Positions 35,021 through 47,700 of a stretch of 64,000 nucleotides of DNA are shown one piece after another (within the stretch, counting starts at the first letter, position 1; each line of letters begins with the position of its first letter). The notes beneath the pieces are model-generated. The model had not been told where the DNA came from and did no database searches. It saw nothing but the letters and a program-made list of their open reading frames with translations. The position numbers were made by a program, and so were the translations under genes. Source of the DNA: Bugula neritina (taxonomy: Eukaryota; Animalia; Bryozoa). The stretch lies in the NCBI GenBank assembly GCA_964035545.1, contig OZ037768.1, forward strand, positions 17,715,700 through 17,779,699. The letters run 5' to 3'.

Positions 35021-38000
35021 GGTCAAACTTGAAACTCAGTCCAGGATCACCCTTGTATTCTGGAGCAGTACATAGTTATAGTAAATTACTATTGTTTTTC
35101 CACAATGGCTGATTTCCAACTTAACAAGGTATTTAAATACAAGTGCTAAGCAGTTCCAAAAAATTGGGAATTATATATTTTAGGTATAAAGCACAATTCC
35201 AATGTATATTCTTAGTTATAAAGCACAATGTCAAAGTTTTATGTGATGCCAAACCTATGCAGTTGTCATTTTTAATTTTGTAAAATACTTTTTCTAATTC
35301 ATTGGAAAATCCTAGTTTTCTAAACTTTACATTAATTGAATAAGTTAGTAAGTTTTGATAAAGCACACATTTACTACTAGATAAATGATTTACTATTTAA
35401 TTAACTTATCAACACAGCAGTTATTCTTGCAAAAAATACAAACTTTCCAATTATTGTTTAAAATGTACTTTACAATACACAATAAATGGCAATAATGACC
35501 AGAATATGAATACTTAAATTATTTTTTAATTTTCTATTTAAATTAATGAAAAAAATCAAGCCAAAGTCTCAATTCTTGTAAGGTTTTTAAGCTTCTCACA
35601 ATGCAGACAACATGATGTGAACTTATCTTTGGAGCACAACAGTAACTTGAAGCTGTTACAATCATTATTCACTTTCAGTACAGATAAATAATTTTAGCAT
35701 AAATAGATTTATGTTCCACTTGCATTCTGGGGCATTAGTATAACTTAAACTATCACATTGCTTTATGATTAATCATCAGGTTAAACCCAAACTATACTCA
35801 GTATACTAATATTTTTATTTACTTTCAGTCAATCAGCAGAACTCTAACATTAAGTTAGTTTAACAGACTGATTCACACTCACAGTCATTGACCTAGCAAG
35901 TGTGACTGCAACTGTAAATGACTAAAATCTAAATCAATGTGCAATTGACTCACTTTTACAGTTAGTCACTAAAAGTAAGTTATTGTTAGTGTTACTGTTG
36001 CACTAGCACTTACACTTACTGACTTAATCTTACAACTTGAGTTACTCTAACCTTTAGTTTTAGCCTTGTACTTTTACTTTTAGGAAGAGCTATATAAACA
36101 ATTGCTCTATACTAATACTATAACACTTATAGTTATACAATCTATTTACATTAGTTAATCACTTAATTACAACGTTATACTTATAGTTGTACCTAATCTT
36201 ACGCTTATAGCTTTTAAGCTAGAGTTTTACTATTAGTTATACTTATACTTATAGTCTATTTTTTTCATTTTTACCAGAAACTAAGTCAAAATCAAAGTGA
36301 GGATGAGAATAAATTATATTCAATGTAATAGTAATTTTCCTGATTTAATCAAAATTTCTAGACTATCATTATAGCAATTCACATACAATTATGATGCTGA
36401 AACAACAAAAGCTTTTGTAGCATTATTATAAAATGAAATTGAATAAGATTATAATCAGCAATTGTTTTTATTATGCCCACTTCTATCAACATTAAAGAAA
36501 AGTGCTAGATGCAGCGCAATGTTTGGGGTTATCTAATCACATATTATTGTCCACTGAAGCGTTTCAACTCTAACTAGTGCACTCAGTAACTTCAACTTCT
36601 GTGCTGCATTAAATGATTTCTATCATTTGATCAAAACAGGAAACGGTTTCAATTGGTTTCAAGTAACCTAAACTTCATTACAATATGTTTTATCTAAAGG
36701 GTTAAAAGGTAATTTATTACGCTGATTATATCTGCTAATTTGTTAAAGTTTCAACGTTTTTATGGTCCGTAAGCTATACTTGTCGAGTAAACTATCGGAG
36801 GAAGATAACTTTGTAATGTAATTAACTAAAACGAAATAAACTGGTTTATTCCAGGTCGTGATATTATACTATAATGCCCTTTAAGCTACCACCATAGTTA
36901 CAATATGGCTTTAATATGAACACTTGAAAGAAAAGCATATTTCATCAACAGTTATTATATAAAATAGATTTATAATATGTATTCATTGTATATACTATAT
37001 ACATGCATTATAATCTGTGTGTGCATGAATATGTTAATACATATAATGCAATTCTTAGATTAATCTAGTGTTCTATCTACTGAATTCCTGCAACCCCATA
37101 ACACAATGAAAAGCAAATAAATTCCAATGTAGTACATCTACAGAAAATATACACTTATGCTACTCAGTCATGTGTGGTTTATGCATTATTTATAACCACT
37201 ATTTTCTATATATCTCAATCAACAATATCATTATAATTCTAAACATTATGGTATACATGTATAAAAGTAAAACTGTTATACACACTGGCCAGGATATTAT
37301 ATTTTGTTTATAATATGAAAACTAAAAACACTGACAAGTCAGCATAAGATAAAAACCTGAGAGAGTAAGAATAGATAACGTTACAGGGGCGGGGGGGGGG
37401 GGAGGGGCAATGGCTGCTCAACAGCGGATTCAATTTGCAATCCTAAGCTATAGTTCTGCAGTGTCGTAAGATTCTCTCTTTGACTCGGTGAACCAAAGTT
37501 AATCAATACACACACAATACACACACACAACTTTTTTGTGCAGAATCACTGTCATATAACACATCACGCACTGCATGTCAGTGATACAGTCTGCAAAATA
37601 CTCACAAATTCCAAAGTGACAGACAAAAATTATGTTTAAAAAACTATAGACTGTGGCAATACTATCAAGCTACAATGACCAATTAGAAGAGAAAGGCTAT
37701 TATCCAAAAGAACTTTGACATCACAGCCTCCAAAACACAAGCAGACATGCACACTCAAACAAAAAGACAGAATGAGACTCTTACCAGTATGGAATGTAGT
37801 AGGATTCCAATATTTTCCTCCAGCATGAGGAAAGGATTGGAATCTAAATCAAAGAAATTCAGATTCCAGAAAAGAAGGAAAGATATAGAATACCACGACA
37901 ATAGTTTGATATCAAACAAACTCAAAGTGATTGAGTGGGAGACAAGAGAGAACTCATTGCATAATCAAGAGATAAACTGCAGCCAGAAATGAAGGATGAT

Positions 38001-38402
38001 TTCAGCTAAGGAGTGACATTGCTACACTATAGAACAGTCACAGTACCCTATACAAGTAAATCACTATAAAACTCCTTTAATATACGTGACAGAACATAGT
38101 GTTTAAAAACTAAACAAATGCTTGTAACAAAGAAAAGACATTACTGCCAACTTATCTTTGAAGTTGAATTATATTCTTTATTAAAAAATATTAAACACTA
38201 ATTACACAGATACTCTATAAAAATAATCATGAAAATACATTTTATTGGACTGCGTCTTACAAATTTGTAAATTTATTATAATGAATTTTTGCTAAAAAGT
38301 ATATTGGCTAAGTTATCAAACATATTTTTTAACTGCACCCTAAAGATAATAAATTCTTATAACTGTATAAAATAAATTGTGATACTTTTTACAATAATAC
38401 AA

Positions 38403-38550
38403 AGCACCTATGAAAAACGTGTTTCCAAATACTATGATTTAATGTTCAGCAACTACTGATACACATTACACCAGGTAACTTAGGCCTGTGTACATAAGCA
38501 AAAGATTTTGATCCAAGCAGTGCAGAACGTATCAAGCAAAAGTTTAGGAT
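38403..38550 (-). repeat. Diverged direct duplicate of TERT exon/intron junction 39651-39798
   Basis: About 145 bp align collinearly with 39651-39798 (e.g. tgttcagcaac..ctgata.acattaca..tgtacataagcaaaa.attttgat..tgcagaacgta..aaagtttaggat). Differences are mostly transitions. Confidence 0.9.
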
Positions 38551-38708
38551 ATATTTTACAATTGTGGAAATACATTTTAAAAAACAACTTAAAGAGTCTA
38601 AACTTCAATTGATTCAATGCTAGAGGAGTTTTAACAATTTTATCAATCACAGTTTTTATCCTGTTATTGCACTAGCAACTTTGTCATAGAGAAGGATAGT
38701 TAGTGAGT

Positions 38709-41700
38709 TCATCTGTATAAATTGAAGTAGAGAATCTCCCTTAATGGTTTCAGTTTAGGCCAACTTCCACATGCTAATAGAAACTGCTCAAAGCACAACC
38801 TGAAACGAAATAGAATTTCAGAAATAAATTTAAGAAAAATGACATAATAAACATAAAGGTGCAGTCATAAATTTCAATGGATACTTTTTCATTTATTCAT
38901 AAATTTCTGTATAATATTTCATTTTTGATAATAAAAGTGTATACAGTTTAAATTTATTTTTGTTATTCAAAATATGCTGTCATATATAGTTTATATAGAA
39001 TCTAATAAGTCAATATGTACAAGTAATAGAAATAGATAAAATCAATTAATTGAAAGAATTTTGTGTTACTAACTGCTACAAAATACTTGGCCTGCTAGCA
39101 TGTACATTTTACCAGGTTTAACTTATATAAGTTTCATGAGACAGAATATACACAACTTACTATTAGAAATATCTACCATAAACTTACTCGATTACCTCCT
39201 CTTCATCTAACTTTAACACGTCACCAACACGTTGATGGTGATTCTTGATTATCTTGTAAAGTTTACGACCAACAGAGACCACTAAGTCTACAAGAAATGA
39301 ATGCATAAGCCAACACAGTGTAAATTGAAATGTGAAATATTCGTATAACCTTTAAACCTAAACATCTAATTTTTGGGTTGAAAACTAGGAATGAGAAAAC
39401 AATTCCTTGTACATTTATTATCAGTCCGCATATTTTATACTCTTAAAATGCTAAAGTGCTTTATAAATTACTTTTTTAGTTTTATGTTATATTCTAAATA
39501 TAATTCACTTTTACCTGCTGCGAATAATTTGACATGAAGCTTATTTTAAATACAGATGGGTTTAATGTTTGAGTAACTGAGTAATTTATATTATAATTTT
39601 ATTTTTAGCACATTTGATGTATATTATATAAAGCAGAATGAATAATAAACAACACCTACAAATAACATGCTTCCCAATGCCATAATTTAGTGTTCAGCAA
39701 CCTCTGATATACATTACATCAAATGACTTGGGCCGCTGTACATAAGCAAAATATTTTGATGCAAACATTGCAGAACGTACCAAACCAAAGTTTAGGATTT
39801 CTGGCTACTCCTGGCTGACCGGAAACAGAAAATAAGTACAGATGAAGGTAAGTAAACTTGATAGCAGAGAGTCTCAGGATTTGGGTGATGTTTCTTTTTA
39901 GAGTGACAGCATCGTTTATCTAAAATTATAAATTAATGTACAACAAAGCAGCAGAGATATAACATTTTAAAAGCCTAATTTAAATGCATTAAGAATGCTA
40001 TACTGTAAAAAATTAGAATAACTTTAAAATTATTCTCATCATCATATCACTAACATGGTTGTCATGCTCATAAATTTCTAACTTTAAAATATAAATTACA
40101 AAATAAGCATAGCAGCTTTAAAAATATAGAAAAAATCTGAACTTAAGTCATCGATAATATGCTCTAAAAACTAAATATAATACTCATATTAAAAACAATT
40201 TCTGTGGTTAATTATCTTCATTAATAAATGCATAGTCCAAAAGTATGTAGTAATAGCAAGAACAGCCAATAAGATTAATATGATTATAGCAACTGATGTA
40301 ACAAATAACTGTCAATTCATTAAAACCATACATATTTATATATAACTTACCACACTATCTAAGAATATTGGGTTACTGAAAACACACACATTCTTCAATA
40401 AGGAATTTTGAATATAAGCAAAAGGTTTTGCCGTCCCATCATATGAAATACCATTGTGTATATCTACCAAGTACACAAATATGTTTGAAAAACATATAAA
40501 ACTATCCAGCAGTTACAAACAATAACATGTAATGAATTACACAGGTAATGCTTGCAATATCACAGCAGTGTGCCTACCTTTCACAGAATAAAATGGAAGA
40601 TTGATTGACAGGCAATCAAGGTTAATCACAAACTGACACCACTGTATCTGATCTTCATCTGTAAAATACAAAAATTTTGTGAAATGATTGTGGGGATACA
40701 CCAGCATTACAGTAACAAAACCATTCCACCGGAACAGAAACGAACTATAAAAGATTAAAAGTTACCTGACCGAGGAAATTTGTCGCAGGGTTGGTTTGCT
40801 AACTGACTGACGTTTGTCAGTGTTTTCTCTAATTTCACAATGCAAGAGAACCGTGCAGACAATTCAGGTAACATAAGTGTTTGGAGGAAGGTACGTGCTG
40901 ACGACTCCGAATAAGTCAACAACAGATAATCATCCAAGTTTCGTAACAACAAGTAATCTATAATTGCACAATGGTTGGGGTATAAAAACCATGGCATTGA
41001 TGGAAGCCTTTTTAACAACATTAAATATAGAGGAGCATGGGACAGAGATAGCTTTTCAAGACACCTTGTAAATACTTTAAATGATCTTTTATTTTAAATA
41101 ATTCAACAGAGTTCTAAATTTTTTTCCCTCCACTTTTGTTCACGTCTACTTATTATGGCCAGTATCTACACTGAATTTCGCAACATGTTTTCATGTTTGT
41201 GTTATGTAATAAATCAATCAATCAACGGCTAATTGTAATTGGAACTACAGAAAAAAAGCAATTGTTAAACAATGAACCATACATCTATATCATGACAAGC
41301 ATACTTAGTTGTAAAAATATGAAATTTCCAAACAGCTTACCAAAGGTAGAATATGTATAATTATGAGCTATAGTGCTACTAAGTGAGCAAGTAGCAACTA
41401 CAAGCTCTAATCTCTAACCATAGTCATGGAATGTTAGACTAAATACTGAATATGACAATACACAACTTTCATCAACTTTTACTTCCAGAAAATTAATTTG
41501 CAGAGACACAGCACTTGCAATCGTAAATAAAACAAATGCTTTTAATATAATAAACAATGAAACAAATAATTAATAATATGTTGTTAAACTATATAAATGA
41601 TAACTAATAGAAAAACTGCATAAAAATTGCTTATTGCTACTCATGATTTCCGAAATGGGATAAGTAAAACTCCATATAAATATTTATTTTAGTATTTTTT

Positions 41701-44700
41701 TATGTCAAGCATTTACCCAAATTAAATTTTCACCATTATTGAACATGATTATTTAGTTGATTTGTATAATTTTACTTTTGCTGTAACCCTACAACAATTT
41801 TTAAAAGTAGAAGGCAATTCCTAACAATTACTATAAACCTTCGTTTTACACAAGATGTTTATTATAAGAAGTTAAAGCTTCCCCAACAAATGCACCATGT
41901 AAAAGAGGTACAAGTAGAAACTATGCCACCATAGCAGTTGGTAAACGCAGAAAATATAAAGTACATACCAACTCCTTGTAGATTGTGTACAAGGTATTGC
42001 ATTTCCATGGCGCCATAGTATATATCACAGAGGACAGAGGATACTACAGATCCCTGAGGAATGCCGTCCACCATAGCAAACTTGCGATTACTCTCCTGAC
42101 TTGTTCTCACCTCTATTAAGATCTCATTCAAGTGTGACTCAATGATCTCCAAAACTTGAAATGAGGTCAGTACACGATTTTTCTGAAAATGTTTAGACAG
42201 GTGAACAGCCAAACAGTTGAGAATACAAAAGCACAGCTCAGCATGAAATACTGGACAGCTTTTTCACACTTTGATAACTTTAGGATTTTAAAAATTGAAA
42301 CATGAAAATCCAAACAAGATTTTACTCTGTTTTTACAATAGAATAAAAAATAATTGAACAGATTAGCCCAAAATTTCCAATGAAAAAATGATGACAAAAT
42401 AAATTAGTTGGTGTTTATCTATTTTCAGACAGAGTAAAAATCGGCTTACATGTCATTAAATTCTATTAACATTCTAATTACTGGTCAATTATAACACAAT
42501 ATTTATAAAATATAATATATACTTTATACAAGGAAACGTTGAATATGCAGGAAAACTCAAAAACCTTATTTGTGTAAATGCAGATATATTGTCAGACTTT
42601 TCGCTGTTCTCAAAATATAGAAATTACGTACCACCGGCACAAAAACTACAGATGATAGACCCTTCTTCCGCAAGTGGTCACTGCATGCAGCTTGAAGAGA
42701 TGGAGTTGATAGTTGACCTACAAGGAGATAAACCAATCACCATCCAAATACTTTAAATAGTTTGTATACAAATAGTGAACAATTCCAACACAAGACGAAA
42801 ATATAATACGTACCTCCACAAAGATGTACATCCACATGAGTAAAATAACTCACAAGGGGTTTCTCGGAGTTATTACGCACCACAGCAATCCTTCTGCAGA
42901 TGAACTTGTCGATGTTCATCTGCCAGTACAGAACAACATGTATTAGATTCAGCAGCAGATTATATTTTAAAAACATTTTACAACAGCAACAGATAACAGG
43001 CATCGTATGCCATGTAAATAATGGTGCTGTATGCTTACCTGTAGAAACCGAGTTTTGAGAATTTTCATCAATAATTTTCTATCAATTGAATCATAGCATT
43101 TTGTAACATCCGCTTTAGCAAAATAATATCTGCAATAGCGAATAACAATAATGATGGTATCTGAACTACAAGAATTATGATTGGGTACCTGATGTCAATA
43201 CTGTTGGGACAAGAAAGAGGGCATGTAGCTTTACTTTCTAGTTATTAAATAACATTAAAGCACCTTTTCACATGCTATAGCTATTTAGAAAAGTCATGCA
43301 TATTGTGGTTTACAGAGAACGCCATTGATAGGGAAAGAAATACTGGCCAAATAGTTTGCCAAATGCCAAATACTTACTAACTGCTAGTTGAAGCTCAACA
43401 ATAATATAGACCAGTATTTATCATTAAACTAATTCTAGGAGAACCTCCTCGTGTAGACACTTATTACGTACCTTCCAGAAGTCTTAGTAAGATTGAATCT
43501 CCTTAGATGAGTTATAAAATCTGTGCACTTAGCTAGCCCAGTAGCTGGATCAGACCTTACCACTTTCAGACAACTCAGTGTATCATGAAGGAGGTACAAT
43601 TTCGAAGTTGTCATCTCTTTCTGAACAACAATATAGTCATTAAAACTTGCACAGCAGTATCAAATGTTTTAGTGTGATAGAGAAATAAAGTTTTGGAGCA
43701 CATAGCAATGTAGAATGAGTCCAACTGCCTTTTTATATTATAAATTCTATCAGCTACTGAATAAATAACTATTGAGTAAAAAAACACCAAGAAAAGAGAG
43801 GACAACTCATTTTGCATAATTTCAGTAAGCTAACACCCAATTTTTGAGTAATATGTGAACACATGCTTGCCTAACCTATGTTGCAGCAGAGGAAAATATG
43901 TGGGCTATTTGGTATAAATATCAAAAATTAAAAGGATGTAATTGCTATAGCCATAGCCACAGATTCATAACTCCCAACACAGTAAATTTTATGTGCTAAG
44001 TTCACAATCCTAAACCTAAAAAACAGTACAAAGGTCAACGGCCACGTACGTTAAAATACGTACACACTATGGGGGAAATTTTTTACACACTAAAATGGTT
44101 ATCAGTTATAACATTTAAGACTACAATTATTAGCTTTATCAATCACTAAAACCACTACCGCATGAAGGAATTTTTCAATTTGGTGTCATAAGTTGCAGCT
44201 TCTTGGTGACAGTATAACAGTTATTGAAGAGTAATGCAGAAGCAATAGGCTATCTGCTGGCTAACATATATAACAGGTTGATTATACAAGTCCTAAGGAT
44301 TTGTATAAAGAAATATTGTATAGCACATGATGGAAGCTAACCTTGATAGAAGAAAGAATAGGTCTGAGTTTGTTAGTATCAGGCAGAAAGCGCAGATGAG
44401 TGTTGGCCTTCCTATCTGTGGTCACGTGTCGCAGCATTTTACTATCGACGTACGATTCGAAGGTCTGTTCAACTTTAGCCTCCCAGTAGGTACGGCAGAA
44501 GTACAGGCAGCGTTTCCGATACACCCTCGACTCAGTTACGTAGAAGAAGTACTACCAGGGAACACAGCATTTTATTCGAAGCAGAATTATTTCAATAACT
44601 TGGCATCATCTAACAATTTAAATTACTGACTAAACTTTGAACATTGAAATAAACTAGTGCGCTGATAAAATTCTGCTTTTCAACTATATTAGGTAAATGT

Positions 44701-47700
44701 AAATTAATAGTATCTACCTCAAAAATTTTACATTGCTTTTTCGCTGACAATATTTTGATTTAATTATTTATTCACGTATATTAAAAATAATACAAGCGTC
44801 ACACTTTCTGTCATTGTTACAGTAATATACTACATTAAGATCCTGGAGAAATGTTGATTGATTAATTTCTGGATGCAACTTATAAAACTTACCAGATAAT
44901 CAGATAACTTGCAAGTATTCTAACAGTTAAACGCACACCTTGATAACATAGCAGATAGTGGTGGTCAGCCATTCCAGTAGGTAAGATAGGTGCTTCTTTC
45001 TGTCATCTGCAGAATGAGCAGTAAAAGAGTAGAGCCACTGGCATCCTGATAACTACAATTCCGTGAAAAATAATCACAATTCATGGACTGAGAACACTTT
45101 GAACAGGTAAGAAAAGAAAATACTTTCTATCAGTCCTTCATTCCTTTTTTGATAGTCTAGCTGTAATACCGCATAATAACCTAAGTTACTGAAATCAACC
45201 TAGCATGTTGAGAGGCTATAAAAAATATGCAAAATTAAACTGTTACAGGTAGATGTTCAAAGAAAAATCAAGCAGTCTGAAAACTAGAACATGCCTATCA
45301 AAGAAAACATGGGTAGCCAGAGAGATGTTACGTATACCTTGATATCTTGAGTCAGAAACGACAGCTTGTGTATGGTGTACATGTTGCTGGTAAAAATTAA
45401 CTTCAGTCTATCTAGAACTTTCTTAAAACAGTGTTTGCTTGAAAGTAAAGATGAGACCTTCAGCTTCATCAAAATTCTCTTTATCAATTGCTTAATCTAA
45501 ATACAGAAACAAATGTACATATATTTTATGTACATTACAAAGTTTTAAATTTCACAACATTTTAATATAGTTATGCAAAACCTGCAGCTCCTTCATACAG
45601 GCAGTTAATGCAAAAGAAAATCTATCCAATTCAAGATTTTAAGGTCCAATCAATGCAAGTTTGACTAAATTTAGCCGTATTTGGTAATAGTTTAATAATT
45701 AAGCTATGAGCTGAAACTAAAGTGAATATATGGTTGTTGAATGTCTTTAAACTCGTGTGTCAGAGTGTCTGGCAATACCGACTTTAATGTAAGCATCCTA
45801 AGAGTAGAGGCAAAGCAACTGGAAGCAAGGTCTAAACAAACAGAACTGACTTATATTATGGGATACAAGAGTTGCCCTCCCAACTGCGTTGATTCACCCA
45901 AATGTGCTTCTTATTCTAATTACAGCTAACCAGTTACTGAGAAAGATATACTCATTTACATCAGCAGATTCTCAGTTCAGCATATAATGCTGAATTATTC
46001 CGGGAAGATGCAAACATTAGATTTTCACATTGGCATGCTTACAAGGCAAGTGCTTTATTGTAAATTATTTTCTACAGGAGATACTTGTAGGTATGCACTT
46101 ACCTTCCAATGAGGCACCATGGAGTCAAATATAAGGTTTGTTTCAACAGTTTGACTTTCTTTTTGAGTGAATGCTTCAACCAACGAAGAAAAAGCTATTT
46201 TCCTATAAAACACAGCACAAAATATAGTTACTCAAGATTAAGTAAATTCACAACTACCAGTTCAGACAATACACTTCTTCAACAGGTAATTCTTAGTATA
46301 ACATATCAATTATAGCCAACATAGATGCAACAAAGATGGTACCTCAATCTTTTATGAAAAGCTTTCAGTTCTGGACAGGGTTTTTGGCTAGCAGAAGACA
46401 CTTTGAATACACTTTGATACCAACGAGTGTAAGACATGCCACCAAATAGACGGTCTACAAAACATTAACTAGAGGTAAATAAGAGCTGTAACTAATACTA
46501 TGTAAAATGAATAAGTACTAGCTATATAGACAAAGCAAGAACTACTCTACTAGAATAAATACAATATCACTCATTTCCACCGAGCTGTAGAAAAATTCAG
46601 AGTTTATAGTTTCTACATTACTACACACTTTGTATTGTGATGAATCAGTTAGTAGACCATATACTGTTCTGCCAAAAATGTCATGATATAAAGATATGTT
46701 CTCATAAAAGTCATCTACAAGTGTTCATTGTTACATTAAGCACACTTGGCCAGAAATTATATCTACATTTAATGTCATGAAGATACGTTGACTTAATACA
46801 TGACTCTTTTATTTGTAGTAAAACATTCAAACCTGGAGATGTCTTAGGTTTAGATTTGTTGGTAAACATTAGCGTCTTGATAACTGGATTGTGTCCATCC
46901 AACTTCAGCTGTTTACTACTTTGTCGACGAGGAAATTTAGAGCTTTGGACTTTGGGAGATTGAGTAGACGGCGTCGAGCTCACAACTCCTGAGTGTTGAG
47001 TAGACAGCACTGAGCTTTGAGTTATGGAATTTTGAGCGGAAAATTGGTGACTTGGGCGTTTAGAAGTGTCAGTGCTAGCAATGATGGAAGTAACGGCCCT
47101 ACCTGAAATATGTACAAGATGAATCAATATACCTACAAGCAAAACAATGATGTTGCAAATAAATAATTTTCAACTCCAGCAATGAATTTTGGAAAATTTT
47201 GTGTTTTAGCTAAAAACCTTGAGAAAAAATTCAAAACTTTTTTTGTTCAAAAAGCCTATAAAATCTCATTTTAGCTGAAAGTTGATGATCTAACCTGATA
47301 TTTGAAGGTAGGAATTCGATGCTAGTAGCAACTGGAATACTTGATAAGGTCCAGTTAGTATTTTGAATATTTGTGAGCCATACCTACAATGTATCAAAAT
47401 GGAAGTAATGAAAGTATTTCTATGCAATGTTTCAAAAAAAACATCTACTCAATTGTTTTACTTGTATATGTCACTGTATTACATAATTTAGGTAAAGCCA
47501 TTACTTCCATTTACCATGAATTTATTTTCTTAAATAAAGTATTGTCATTTCATGATGATGAATTTCCCTACCAGTTATATAGAAGAACTGTGTGTTTATT
47601 TGTAGAAAAGCAAAGAAGCCTCTCATTTAAAAGTGATTAAACACAATACAAGTATTTCAAAGAACATTAGCTCAGTACTGAACTAAAATTTGGCACAACT

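Noticed and set aside
37386-37407. G/C homopolymer tracts (also ~16543, ~30714, ~54609, ~54916, ~57501) as functional G-quadruplexes or a telomerase RNA 5' end
   Set aside because: Isolated homopolymers with no supporting template or structure. They are common in such genomes and prone to assembly error.
40755-44524. RT motifs read as a retrotransposon, retron or group II intron RT
   Set aside because: The motifs are split over spliceosomal introns and come with the telomerase-specific T motif, TEN and CTE, so this is TERT.
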